Origin: Candidatus Saccharimonadota bacterium
GTDB lineage: Bacteria; Bacteroidota; Bacteroidia; Flavobacteriales; Blattabacteriaceae
Assembly: GCF_014251775.1 (NCBI RefSeq)
Contig: NZ_CP059199.1
Location: 60,001 to 92,000, forward strand
DNA: 32,000 nt
Direction of reading: 5' to 3'
Each line of letters begins with the position of its first letter. The stretch's first letter is position 1. Shown here piece by piece: positions 1-9,950 of this stretch. The notes under the pieces are model-generated. The model was not told the origin of the DNA and searched no databases. It saw only the letters and a list, made by a program, of their open reading frames with translations. Position numbers and translations under genes: made by a program.

Positions 1-29
1 AATATTAATAAAAAATAATAAATTCTAAA

Positions 30-1394
30 ATGTCTAATCATTATGAAGAATCCCCCATAAGGGAATCATTAATCGCAAAAAATAAAACAATAAGAAATAT
101 TACTAATGATATTATTTATCCTATAAAAAATAAAGCGGGGAAACTATGGTGGATTTCTTTTTTTCTATCTTTACTAGCATTTATTTGGGGATTAGGATGT
201 ATTATATATACTGTCACCACTGGGATTGGTGTATGGGGACTAAATAAAACAGTGAATTGGGCATGGGATATTACTAACTTTGTTTGGTGGGTAGGAATAG
301 GACATGCTGGGACTTTAATATCTGCTGTTTTATTATTATTTCGTCAAAAATGGCGTTTATCTATCAATCGTTCAGCAGAAGCAATGACTATATTTGCAGT
401 AATACAAGCTGGATTATTTCCTATTATACATATGGGACGTCCTTGGAATGCTCATTGGGTATTACCTATTCCAAATCAATTTGGATCTTTATGGCCTAAT
501 TTTAATTCCCCTTTATTATGGGATGTTTTTGCCATTAGTACTTATTTTTCTGTATCAGCGGTTTTCTGGTTTATTGGATTAATTCCCGATTTCGCTATGA
601 TACGAGATAAAATAAAAAATCCATTTCAAAAAAAAATTTATAATATTCTAAGTTTTGGATGGGGAGGAAGTGCAGAAGACTGGAACAGATTCGAAGAAAT
701 ATCTTTAATATTAGCAGGACTATGTACTCCATTGGTATTTTCTGTACATACTATAGTTTCTTTTGATTTTTCAACTTCTGTAATAAAAGGATGGCACAGT
801 ACTATATTTCCCCCTTATTTTGTTGCAGGTGCAATTTTTTCAGGATTTGCTATGGTACAAACTTTATTAGGAGTTGCTAGAAAAGTACTAAATTTAGAAA
901 GCTATATTACAAGAAATCATATTGAGTATATGAATATGATTATTCTATTAACGGGGGGAATTGTCTTATTAGCTTATATTTCTGAATATATTTTAGCTTG
1001 GTATTCTGGAAGTCCTTTTGAAGAATTTATTTATTTTTCTAAAAATGCGGCTATAGGTCCATTTTGGTGGGCTTTTTGGGCATTGATTATATGTAATGTT
1101 ATTATTCCTCAATTTTTATGGATTAAAAGAATAAGAAGAAGTTTTTTTTTATCATTTTTAATAGCTATAATTATTAATATAGGAATGTGGTTCGAAAGAT
1201 TTGATATTATTGTGTTAAACTTAAGCCATGATTATTTACCATCTTCTTGGACAGGATTTATCCCATCATTCGTAGATGTAGGTATTTTTATAGGAACAAT
1301 TGGTTTTTTCTTTACTCTTTATTTATTATATATAAGAGTATTTCCAGTAATTTCTCAATCTGAATTAAAAACAATTTTGAAAAAATCTGAATAA
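30..1394 (+). CDS. actC: Alternative complex III (quinol:cytochrome c oxidoreductase) membrane subunit ActC, NrfD/PsrC family
   Basis: 454-aa polytopic membrane ORF with NrfD-family stretches (WAWDITNFVWWVGIGHAGTLISA, GRPWNAHW, LWDVFAISTYF). It is followed by DUF3341-like, mono-haem cytochrome c and ActF-like genes in the ACIII operon order. The upstream actA/actB would lie off-window. Confidence 0.85.
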   Translation: MSNHYEESPIRESLIAKNKTIRNITNDIIYPIKNKAGKLWWISFFLSLLAFIWGLGCIIYTVTTGIGVWGLNKTVNWAWDITNFVWWVGIGHAGTLISAVLLLFRQKWRLSINRSAEAMTIFAVIQAGLFPIIHMGRPWNAHWVLPIPNQFGSLWPNFNSPLLWDVFAISTYFSVSAVFWFIGLIPDFAMIRDKIKNPFQKKIYNILSFGWGGSAEDWNRFEEISLILAGLCTPLVFSVHTIVSFDFSTSVIKGWHSTIFPPYFVAGAIFSGFAMVQTLLGVARKVLNLESYITRNHIEYMNMIILLTGGIVLLAYISEYILAWYSGSPFEEFIYFSKNAAIGPFWWAFWALIICNVIIPQFLWIKRIRRSFFLSFLIAIIINIGMWFERFDIIVLNLSHDYLPSSWTGFIPSFVDVGIFIGTIGFFFTLYLLYIRVFPVISQSELKTILKKSE

Positions 1395-1925
1395 ATGAAT
1401 AAAATATATACTAATATATATGTGTTATATAATAATGAAAAATTATTAATTCAAAACGCTAAAATTTTTAAAAGAAAAAATTATCATATATATGATATAT
1501 ATTCTCCATATCCGATTCATGGGATAGAAAAAATACTAGATTTAAAAAAATCTAATTTATCATTTCTATCTTTCATATATGGAACTATAGGCTTTTTTAT
1601 TGCAAATATACTTATTTGGTATACTATGATTTTTGATTGGCCTCAAAATATTGGAGGAAAACCTTCTTTCTCTTGGATAAAAAATTTTCCATCTTTTATT
1701 CCAGTGATATTTGAATTATTAATATTTTTTTCTGCACATTTTATGTGTATTAGCTATTTAATTCAATGTAGACTTTTTCCAGGTCGTCGACCAAAGAATC
1801 CAGATCCTAGAACTACTGATGATGTTTTTCTTATAAAAATGAAAATTCCATTTTCTAAAAATTATAAAACAATAAAAAATTCTTTGAAAAAGAATGGAGC
1901 AATAGAAGTTAATTTAATTCATTAA
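1395..1925 (+). CDS. actD: Alternative complex III membrane subunit ActD (DUF3341 family)
   Basis: 176-aa ORF starting directly after the actC stop (TAA ATG). Family-typical stretches are YSPYPIHG, GGKPSFSW, IPVIFE and DPRTTDDVF. Its position between the NrfD-like and cytochrome c genes also fits. Confidence 0.75.
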   Translation: MNKIYTNIYVLYNNEKLLIQNAKIFKRKNYHIYDIYSPYPIHGIEKILDLKKSNLSFLSFIYGTIGFFIANILIWYTMIFDWPQNIGGKPSFSWIKNFPSFIPVIFELLIFFSAHFMCISYLIQCRLFPGRRPKNPDPRTTDDVFLIKMKIPFSKNYKTIKNSLKKNGAIEVNLIH

Positions 1926-1938
1926 AAAATATTAAATA

Positions 1939-2547
1939 ATGAAATATTCTTACTACTTTTTTATATTTTCAATTATTATTATAATAAGTTTTTATTGCAT
2001 CAATAAAAAATATCCCCATATAGTATATATGCCAGATATGTACTATTCAGATTCATATGAACCATATTCTGATCCAGATTTTTCTTATAACAAAAAATTT
2101 AAAATTATAAAAATTCCTTTTTTTATTGAAAATAAAACCTCTTCATTACCGCCTGTAAAAGGAACAGTTCCTCGCAGTGAATATTATGATTTCTCATCTG
2201 AAGAAATTTCAAATAAAGGATTTGAATATTCCAAAAAAATTAATAAATCTCCATTAAGAAAAAAATATAATGATTTATCTAAAATTCTTAAAGAAGGAAA
2301 AGAACTATATAAAATAAACTGTTCTATATGTCATGGAGATATAGGAGATGGTCAAGGAATTTTGGTTAAAAATGAAAAAATATTAGGAATTCCTGACTAT
2401 AAAGATAGAGATATTACTATTGGAAGTGTATATTATGTTATTACATATGGAAAAAATAACATGAATTCTTATGCCTCTCAATTAAATAAATTAGATAGAT
2501 GGAAAATTGCAGAATATGTTATGTATTTAAAAAGTAAAAAAAGATAA
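1939..2547 (+). CDS. actE: Alternative complex III mono-haem cytochrome c subunit ActE
   Basis: 202-aa ORF with an N-terminal hydrophobic anchor, a single CxxCH haem-binding motif (CSICHGDIGDGQG) and a downstream Met-containing segment (GKNNMNSY). Operon position fits. Confidence 0.8.
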   Translation: MKYSYYFFIFSIIIIISFYCINKKYPHIVYMPDMYYSDSYEPYSDPDFSYNKKFKIIKIPFFIENKTSSLPPVKGTVPRSEYYDFSSEEISNKGFEYSKKINKSPLRKKYNDLSKILKEGKELYKINCSICHGDIGDGQGILVKNEKILGIPDYKDRDITIGSVYYVITYGKNNMNSYASQLNKLDRWKIAEYVMYLKSKKR

Positions 2548-2549
2548 TA

Positions 2550-3767
2550 ATGTACAAATTTTCTCAAAAAAATAAAAGAATTATTTATTCTATAATAATT
2601 TCTGGATTAATTCTAATTTTATATAAATGGATTCATTTATTTTTTGAAGATAAAGAATATTTTTTAAATATTTTTAAAGATAAAAATCTTTGGATTTCAT
2701 TATATGTTACCTCTATATATTTTACATCTTTATCTATAGGATCACTTGTATTTTTAGGAATACAAAATATATCAAAATCAGGATGGTCGATTATTATTCA
2801 TCCAATCATGGAAAAAATAGCATCTTTTATTCCTTATGGAACATCTATTATATTCACTATAATTTTATTAAATTCTCTAAAATTAAATGGAATATATAAT
2901 ATATTTCAATGGATGGATCCTAATTCATCAAATTATAATATTTTTATTCATAAAAAAAAATTGATTTTTAATATCCCCTTTTTTTTAATTAGAAATTTCC
3001 TATTTTTAATAGGATATAATTTTTTTTATTTTAGAATAAAAAATATATCAAAAAAATTAAATTTTTCCCATTCATTAAATGAATATAATAAATTGTATTC
3101 TAATTCTATTTTGTTTATAATTTTTTTTTCTATTACTTCTGTAATTTTATCTTGGGATTGGATAATGTTCTTGAATCCACATTGGTTTAGTACTTTATTT
3201 GGATGGTATTTTATTAGTAGTTTTCTTGTAACTGGAATTGGAATAATAACAATAATTTCTATTCTTTTTAAAGAGAATGGAATATTAAATCTTTTTAAAA
3301 AAGATCATTTGCACGATTTAAGTAAATATTTATTTTCAAGTAGTTTATTATGGACTTACTTTTGGTTTTCACAATTTCTTCTATATTGGTATGGAAATAT
3401 TCCAGAAGAAATATCTTATTTTTTAAAAAGAGAAAATATATATAATAATATTCATCTTTGGTTATTAATTCCTAATTTTTTAATACCATTTTTTTTATTA
3501 ATAAATAGTAAAAATAAAACTAATCCTAAGATAGTGCTGGTAACATCTATAATAATATTAATGGGACATTATATGGATATTTACAATTTAATTGTTCCGG
3601 AATTAAATGGAAAATTCCAAATTGGAATATATGAAATTGGAATTTTTCTAATGTTAGGTGGATTTTTTTGTTATATATTATTATTAAACTTTAATAAAAA
3701 AGAATTAAACTTTTATGGAAATCCTTTTTTTAAAGAAAGTAAAAACTATAAAAATCCTAATATATAA
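2550..3767 (+). CDS. actF: Alternative complex III membrane subunit ActF (quinol:cytochrome c oxidoreductase quinone-binding subunit 2)
   Basis: 405-aa highly hydrophobic multi-pass ORF, last gene of the act block, 2 nt after the actE stop. It contains the W-rich helices typical of ActC/ActF paralogues (WDWIMFLNPHWFSTLFGWYF, FWFSQFLLYWYGNIPEE). Confidence 0.7.
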   Translation: MYKFSQKNKRIIYSIIISGLILILYKWIHLFFEDKEYFLNIFKDKNLWISLYVTSIYFTSLSIGSLVFLGIQNISKSGWSIIIHPIMEKIASFIPYGTSIIFTIILLNSLKLNGIYNIFQWMDPNSSNYNIFIHKKKLIFNIPFFLIRNFLFLIGYNFFYFRIKNISKKLNFSHSLNEYNKLYSNSILFIIFFSITSVILSWDWIMFLNPHWFSTLFGWYFISSFLVTGIGIITIISILFKENGILNLFKKDHLHDLSKYLFSSSLLWTYFWFSQFLLYWYGNIPEEISYFLKRENIYNNIHLWLLIPNFLIPFFLLINSKNKTNPKIVLVTSIIILMGHYMDIYNLIVPELNGKFQIGIYEIGIFLMLGGFFCYILLLNFNKKELNFYGNPFFKESKNYKNPNI

Positions 3768-3789
3768 ATATACTAAAAAAATAAAATTT

Positions 3790-4473
3790 TTAAATTTTTA
3801 TAAAATTCATAATAGATTTATTAGTACCAAATATAGTTAATATATCTCCTTCTTGTAAAAGAGTATTTCCAGTTACTAATCCAATTACTTTTCTCTTTGG
3901 ATCTTTTTTATTAAATGTAGGATTTTTACTATTTCTTATTATAGTAATTAAAGAAACAGAATATTTTTTCGTCAAATTTAAATCTTTTACTTTTTTTCCA
4001 TTAAAAGAAATCGGTGAGAATACTTCAGCAATAGAATATTGATTATCTACTCTAAAATAATCTAGAGCATAATTAAAAACTATCTGTTTGGTTAACCTAA
4101 AAGCGGCATCTTTTTCAGGATGAATTATATCATCAATCCCCATAGCATTTAATATTGTATCATGTATCTTTGATAGAGATCGACTTATTATTCTAATTTT
4201 TTTAGATATTTTTTTTAGGATAGCAGTTGTAATTATAGATGCTCCTTCATTTTCTCCTATAGCAATAATTGCTAAATCTGCTTGATTAATTGGAATAACC
4301 TTATAAGCTGATTCATTATTAGCATCCATACAAACAACATTTGCAATATGATCCTTCAATAAATCTATTTGATCAATTTTATTATCTACTCCAAAAACTT
4401 CATGTCCATTATCAGTTAAATAAAGTGCTAAAGATCTACCAAAATTTCCTAGACCAATAATTATAATTTTCAT
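3790..4473 (-). CDS. trkA: Potassium uptake system NAD-binding subunit TrkA/KtrA
   Basis: 227-aa ORF with an N-terminal Rossmann GxGxxG (IIIGLGNFGRSLA) and a TrkA-N plus TrkA-C domain layout. It lies 3 nt downstream of the trkH-like gene on the same strand. Confidence 0.85.
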   Translation of the reverse strand: MKIIIIGLGNFGRSLALYLTDNGHEVFGVDNKIDQIDLLKDHIANVVCMDANNESAYKVIPINQADLAIIAIGENEGASIITTAILKKISKKIRIISRSLSKIHDTILNAMGIDDIIHPEKDAAFRLTKQIVFNYALDYFRVDNQYSIAEVFSPISFNGKKVKDLNLTKKYSVSLITIIRNSKNPTFNKKDPKRKVIGLVTGNTLLQEGDILTIFGTNKSIMNFIKI

Positions 4474-4476
4474 TAA

Positions 4477-6222
4477 TTAATTAATGATAATATCTTCTTT
4501 AGGAAATTTATAATAATAATGGTAATTAATCTTATTTCTTCTCAAGAAACTAATCATTATATTAAATATTCCTATTCTTCCTAAGAACATTAATAAAATT
4601 AAAATTAATTTACTTCCATTAGATAGTGTTGAGGTTATTCCTAAAGATAATCCAGTTGTCGAAATTGCAGAAAAGACCTCGAAAAAAATATATAAAATAT
4701 TTTTTTTAGGATCTAAAAAAGCAATAATGAAAACACCTATATAAATTACTATTAAAGATAACATAATAATTGAAAAAGCTAAATGAATAGATTCTGATGA
4801 TATTTCTCTACCTTTTAATTCTAATCTATTATTTCCTTTAGATAAGGAAATAATATTCATTATTGCAATTGCAAATGTGCTGGTTTTAATTCCACCTCCT
4901 GTTGAGGATGGTGAAGCACCAATCCACATTAATAAAATAGTGAATAAAATAGAACTAATATTAAAATTATTCATATTCAAAACATGAAATCCAGCTGTTC
5001 TTGCTGTAATAGCAGAGAAAAAAGATGCTATAAATTTTCCATAAAATGAATTATGTTCTTTAAGAGAAAAATTATATTCATTTATATAATAAAAAATAGT
5101 TCCAAAAAAAATCAGTAAAAAAGTAGTAATTATTACCAATTTTGTATTTAATGTTACTATATGAACAGGATTTCTCAAATTTTTATTGATTATAATTTTA
5201 TAAAAAATTTTTTTGAATTTTAACCAAATAAATGTAAAAAAATTAAATAAAATATTAAAACCGATTCCTCCTAATATAATCAAAAAAGAAATAATTAGTT
5301 GTAATGAATAATTATATCTAATATTTTTCGAATATAGATCATCATGAATAGTTGAGAATCCTCCATTACAAAAAGCAGATACAGAATGAAATATAGAAAA
5401 AAATAATGGATTTTTTAATTCTACAATATTTCTATAATCATAATTTTTAATAGAAATATATATTAATAGTGCACCTAAAAATTCTATAATTAAAGTAAAT
5501 AATACTACTTTTACAGCAAAAATAAGAACATTATTTGTAGTTCTAGTATTTAGAAAATTGCTAGCAAAAATTGCTTCTTTAAATGTAAATCCACTTTGAA
5601 AAAAGTAATTTAAAAAAGATGTTATAGTTAGGATCCCTAATCCTCCTAATTCTATTAATATTAATAATATAATTTTTCCTGAATAAGTAAAATCTTTAGA
5701 CGTATCTAAAACCATTAATCCTGTAACACATACAGCACTAGTAGAAGTAAATAAAGCATCTATAAATGATATTTTTTTTACTGTAGATGATGGTAACATT
5801 AATAAAATTGATCCTAAAAATGTAAGAAATATAAAACTTGTAATAAATATAAAAATAGGATTATGAATTCTTACATATATTTCTCTCATAAAATATGTTG
5901 TACGAATTAATATATGTAATATTAAACTGATGATAGAATATATTTTTATATTATAAAAATTATCATTTATATAATATAATATAATAGGAATAATAAGAAT
6001 AAAAAAAGATAAAAATATACTAGATTTATAATCTTTTTCAATTTTTTTATCAAAAAAAAATATGATAAAATGTATTATGTTAATGAAAAATATTATTCCG
6101 ATAATGAATTTTCTATTGAAAATTTCAATAGGATATTTATTCCATCCTAAATAAATAATGATATATAAAAATATAATTGGTAACGAAAATTCTAATAGAT
6201 TTTTTAATCTAGATAAAATCAT
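4477..6222 (-). CDS. trkH: Potassium transporter TrkH/KtrB family membrane subunit
   Basis: 581-aa polytopic ORF with family motifs FTSTSAVCVTGL, FCNGGFS and SPSSTGGGIKTSTFA (pore-loop glycines). The first ~130 aa are extra hydrophobic segments, so the exact start is uncertain. Confidence 0.85.
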   Translation of the reverse strand: MILSRLKNLLEFSLPIIFLYIIIYLGWNKYPIEIFNRKFIIGIIFFINIIHFIIFFFDKKIEKDYKSSIFLSFFILIIPIILYYINDNFYNIKIYSIISLILHILIRTTYFMREIYVRIHNPIFIFITSFIFLTFLGSILLMLPSSTVKKISFIDALFTSTSAVCVTGLMVLDTSKDFTYSGKIILLILIELGGLGILTITSFLNYFFQSGFTFKEAIFASNFLNTRTTNNVLIFAVKVVLFTLIIEFLGALLIYISIKNYDYRNIVELKNPLFFSIFHSVSAFCNGGFSTIHDDLYSKNIRYNYSLQLIISFLIILGGIGFNILFNFFTFIWLKFKKIFYKIIINKNLRNPVHIVTLNTKLVIITTFLLIFFGTIFYYINEYNFSLKEHNSFYGKFIASFFSAITARTAGFHVLNMNNFNISSILFTILLMWIGASPSSTGGGIKTSTFAIAIMNIISLSKGNNRLELKGREISSESIHLAFSIIMLSLIVIYIGVFIIAFLDPKKNILYIFFEVFSAISTTGLSLGITSTLSNGSKLILILLMFLGRIGIFNIMISFLRRNKINYHYYYKFPKEDIIIN

Positions 6223-6268
6223 TTGGTTAAACTTAACATCTCCATTTAATATTAATAAAATTCAAAAA

Positions 6269-6955
6269 TCAAAAATATGTAGGTGTAAATTTATTTATTT
6301 TGTGAAATTTTTTTTCACAAAACTTTATATAAGAAATATATGACATATCTAAAGCAGATAGATTAGAAAAAAAATTTTTTTCTGTTTTTAATTTTTTAAT
6401 ATTACAATAATGATTAAAATTTCTTATTATATATACTTTGTATTTATGATGGTATCTATATTTGATTTCATTAATAATAATATTTTCATTCTTGATAGAT
6501 GGGAAAACTATTATTTTTTTAAATACATTAAATAATGCAGTATAAAAAAAATCTTTTTTTGCATATATAATTGGAATCAATAAAATATTATTTTTTTCTT
6601 TTACATTTTTTATATTTATTTTTTGAACTAAAATAGTTAAAGAATCTAAAGATAATAGTGGAATGCCCAAAGAAAAACACAAACCTTTTGCTGCAACAAC
6701 CCCAATTCTTAAAGAAGAATATGACCCTGGACCACTTGAAACACAAATTGATTTTAAATCATTTATACTAATATTTGCAATTTCTATTGCATACTTGATA
6801 AATATATGTAATTTTTCCGAATGTAAATATTGTTTTGAATTTTCTTCTACAAAAACTAAATTTGTTCCGTTTTTAGAAATACTTACTGAACAATTTTTTG
6901 TAGAAGTTTCTAAATTTAATATTAAAGACATATTTTTTTTTAAAAAAAATTGCAT
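6269..6955 (-). CDS. tsaB: tRNA N6-threonylcarbamoyladenosine (t6A) biosynthesis protein TsaB (YeaZ)
   Basis: 228-aa ORF beginning ILNLETSTKNCSVSI and carrying SGPGSYSSLRIGVVAAKG, which matches the TsaB/YeaZ GPGSFTGLRIG signature. Confidence 0.8.
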   Translation of the reverse strand: MQFFLKKNMSLILNLETSTKNCSVSISKNGTNLVFVEENSKQYLHSEKLHIFIKYAIEIANISINDLKSICVSSGPGSYSSLRIGVVAAKGLCFSLGIPLLSLDSLTILVQKINIKNVKEKNNILLIPIIYAKKDFFYTALFNVFKKIIVFPSIKNENIIINEIKYRYHHKYKVYIIRNFNHYCNIKKLKTEKNFFSNLSALDMSYISYIKFCEKKFHKINKFTPTYF

Positions 6956-7019
6956 TTAATATAATAATTTAATTATATACTTAAGATTCTTAAAAAAAGA
7001 TAATTTATTAAATTGAAAA

Positions 7020-7805
7020 ATGAATAAAAAAAAGGTAATCTGTCATATAGTATCATGGTTAAAAGAATATATTCAACAGTCTAAGTTTAAAGGTTTTATA
7101 ATCGGAATATCTGGTGGAATAGATTCTGCTGTAACATCTTTTTTAGTATCCATGACTGGATACCCTACAACTTTATTAGAAATTCCAATTATAAAAAATA
7201 ATCATTTTCTTCCTAAAAAACATGCTGAATTTTTAATGGAAAAATTTTCCAATGTTCATTATATTAGAAAAAATTTATATGCATTTTTTAAATCTTTTTG
7301 TAATAATTTTGAAATTGGAAATGATCATAATCATAAATTAGCATTAGCTAATGTACAATCTAGAATTCGAATGTTAACATTATATTATTATGCAAACTTA
7401 CATAATTATCTTGTGGTAGGAACTGGTAATAAAGTAGAAGATTGTGGAATAGGATTTTTTACTAAATATGGAGATGGTGGAGTAGATCTTATGCCTATAG
7501 CTGATTTAAATAAAAGTGAAGTAAAAATTATTGCTAATGAATTAGATATTCTGGATGAAATTCAAAAATCTAAACCTACTGATGGATTATGGGAAGATGA
7601 TCGTTCTGATGAAGAACAAATAGGAATATCTTATAAAGATTTAGAATGGGCTATGAATCTTAAAAAAGAACAAATAGATCTTTTATCAAAAAATGAAAAT
7701 GAAATTTTCAAAAAATATAAAAAATTACATCTAAAAAATAAACATAAAATTATTTCTATCCCTATTTGTCGTATTCCTTCTTCTATTAAATTAAAGGATG
7801 AATAA
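7020..7805 (+). CDS. nadE: NH3-dependent NAD+ synthetase
   Basis: 261-aa ORF with the PP-loop SGGIDSAV, then NVQSRIRM, GTGNKVED and FTKYGDGG, all typical of NadE. Confidence 0.9.
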   Translation: MNKKKVICHIVSWLKEYIQQSKFKGFIIGISGGIDSAVTSFLVSMTGYPTTLLEIPIIKNNHFLPKKHAEFLMEKFSNVHYIRKNLYAFFKSFCNNFEIGNDHNHKLALANVQSRIRMLTLYYYANLHNYLVVGTGNKVEDCGIGFFTKYGDGGVDLMPIADLNKSEVKIIANELDILDEIQKSKPTDGLWEDDRSDEEQIGISYKDLEWAMNLKKEQIDLLSKNENEIFKKYKKLHLKNKHKIISIPICRIPSSIKLKDE

Positions 7806-7856
7806 ATAATGAATTTTAAAAATTCAATTTTTATAAATTAATTTTATTTATCAATC

Positions 7857-8456
7857 ATGATATTAAAATATGATCAAAAAAAATTAGAAAAAATTTTAAA
7901 AATAGAAAAACATTTTTTTCAAATTATGAAAATTTTAGGATTAGATATGAATAATAATAATCTCAAAAAGACCCCCAAACGTGTTGCAAAAATGTTTATA
8001 GAAGAATTATTTAGTGGTCTTTTTATTGAAAATCATCCTAATCCGTCTGTTTTTGAAAATAAATACAGATATAAACAAATGATCATTGAAAAAAATATCA
8101 CAGTTTATTCTACTTGTGAACATCATTTTCTTCCTATAGTAGGAAAAGCACATGTTGGATATATTCCTAATGGAAGAGTTTTAGGATTATCTAAAATAAA
8201 TAGAATTGTAGATTTTTATTCAAGAATGCCACAAGTTCAAGAACGTTTAACGATACAAATTGTTGATTATTTAAAAGAAATTTTATTAACTAAAAATGTA
8301 GCATGTATTATCGAAGCAAAACATTTATGTGTTAATTCCAGAGGAATAAAAGATACAGATAGCATTACTATAACCACTGAATTAACTGGTGATTTTCAAA
8401 AAAAATCAGAAATTAGAAATGAATTTTTTCATCAAATAAAATTTTCTTCTTCGTAA
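7857..8456 (+). CDS. folE: GTP cyclohydrolase I
   Basis: 199-aa ORF with TPKRVAKM, the zinc-site motif CEHHFLP, and PQVQERLT and HLC, matching FolE type 1. Confidence 0.92.
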   Translation: MILKYDQKKLEKILKIEKHFFQIMKILGLDMNNNNLKKTPKRVAKMFIEELFSGLFIENHPNPSVFENKYRYKQMIIEKNITVYSTCEHHFLPIVGKAHVGYIPNGRVLGLSKINRIVDFYSRMPQVQERLTIQIVDYLKEILLTKNVACIIEAKHLCVNSRGIKDTDSITITTELTGDFQKKSEIRNEFFHQIKFSSS

Positions 8457-8483
8457 GAAGATTCATATAAAATAAGTAATATT

Positions 8484-9950
8484 ATGATGAATAAAATCAT
8501 AAATAATTTAAAAATATATAACTCTCTAACAAAGAAAAAAGAATTATTTAACCCTATTAATAATAAAAATGTAGGAATTTATGTTTGTGGTCCAACTGTG
8601 TATAATCATTTACATTTAGGAAATTATAGAACCTTTATAATCTTTGATATTATTTTCAGATATTTAAAACATATAGGATATAAAGTCCGTTACGTGAGAA
8701 ATATTACTGATGTTGGTCACTTAGAAAACGATGAATATCATAATCATTCAGAAGATAAAATATCCAAAAGATCTCGTATAGAAGGAATTGAACCTATGGA
8801 AATAGTTCAAAAATATACAATTTCTTTTCATAAAGTATTAAATACTTTAAATCTTTTACCTCCTAGTATAGAACCTACCGCTACCGGACATATAATAGAA
8901 CAAATAGAAATAATTAAAAAATTTATTGATAAAAAATTAGCTTATGAAAATAAAGGATCTGTTTATTTTAATCTAAAACAATATGAAAAATTATATCCTT
9001 ATGGTGTAATTAGTAATAATAACGTTAATAATCTTTTTTTTAAAAAAAAAAATTTTAATCATGAAAAACTTTCTCCTCATGATTTTTGTATTTGGAAAAA
9101 TGCTAGCGATAAACATATAATGAAGTGGAATTCACCATGGGGAAAAGGATTTCCTGGTTGGCATACAGAATGTATGGTGATGAGCACAAAATATTTAGGT
9201 AGTAGATTTGATATTCATGGTGGTGGAATAGATTTAAAATTTCCACATCATGAATCTGAATTAGCTCAATCTAATGGTTTTTATAATACTCAAAATAGTT
9301 TTGCTAAATATTGGATACATACTAATATGTTAACTATTAATGGAAAAAAAATGAGTAAATCTTTAGGAAACTTTATAAGTGCAAATGAAATTTTTTCTAA
9401 AACTATTTCTTCTCCCAATGTTTTTAAATTATTCATTTTACAATTTCATTATAGAAATATTCTAAATTTTTCATTAGAAAGCTTAAAAATAGCTGAAAAA
9501 GGATATTTAAAAATAAAAAAATCTATCAAAATATTAAAATATTTTATTCCAAATAATAACTTGGAAGATCCTTCATCAGAATTTAAGTTAAAAAACTGGA
9601 TATATAATTGTTATCATGCTATAAATGATGATTTCAATACTCCATTATTAATATCTCATTTGTTTAAAGCTACTAATTTTATAAACTCAAGCTCTTTTTC
9701 GGAAAAAATAACAAAATATAATTTTAAATTATTAAAAAAATATATGATTTATTTTATTTTTGATATATTAGGATTTATAGAAATAAAAAAAGAATTATCC
9801 GAAGAAAATTCAAAAAATTTAGATATTTTAATCAAAAATTTAATAAAATTTCGAGAAAAAATGAGAATTCAAAAACAATGGATCATATCGGATAAAATTC
9901 GAAAAGAATTATTTAATATAGGAATTTTAATAAAAGATAAAAAATTATAA
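8484..9950 (+). CDS. cysS: Cysteine--tRNA ligase
   Basis: 488-aa ORF with CGPTVYNHLHLGN (HIGH region), WGKGFPGWHTEC and KMSKSLGN. Tandem Met codons at 8484 and 8487 leave the start ambiguous by one codon. Confidence 0.95.
   Translation: MMNKIINNLKIYNSLTKKKELFNPINNKNVGIYVCGPTVYNHLHLGNYRTFIIFDIIFRYLKHIGYKVRYVRNITDVGHLENDEYHNHSEDKISKRSRIEGIEPMEIVQKYTISFHKVLNTLNLLPPSIEPTATGHIIEQIEIIKKFIDKKLAYENKGSVYFNLKQYEKLYPYGVISNNNVNNLFFKKKNFNHEKLSPHDFCIWKNASDKHIMKWNSPWGKGFPGWHTECMVMSTKYLGSRFDIHGGGIDLKFPHHESELAQSNGFYNTQNSFAKYWIHTNMLTINGKKMSKSLGNFISANEIFSKTISSPNVFKLFILQFHYRNILNFSLESLKIAEKGYLKIKKSIKILKYFIPNNNLEDPSSEFKLKNWIYNCYHAINDDFNTPLLISHLFKATNFINSSSFSEKITKYNFKLLKKYMIYFIFDILGFIEIKKELSEENSKNLDILIKNLIKFREKMRIQKQWIISDKIRKELFNIGILIKDKKL

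Noticed and set aside
4477-6222. The ~130-aa hydrophobic N-terminal extension of TrkH and the ~140-aa multi-TM N-terminus of LepB (27126..27560), considered as possible fused or novel domains
   Set aside because: Both are simple hydrophobic helices contiguous with the catalytic or transport core, and the gene sizes seem in line with what I recall for Bacteroidota homologues. Without an alignment I cannot show that they are unusual.
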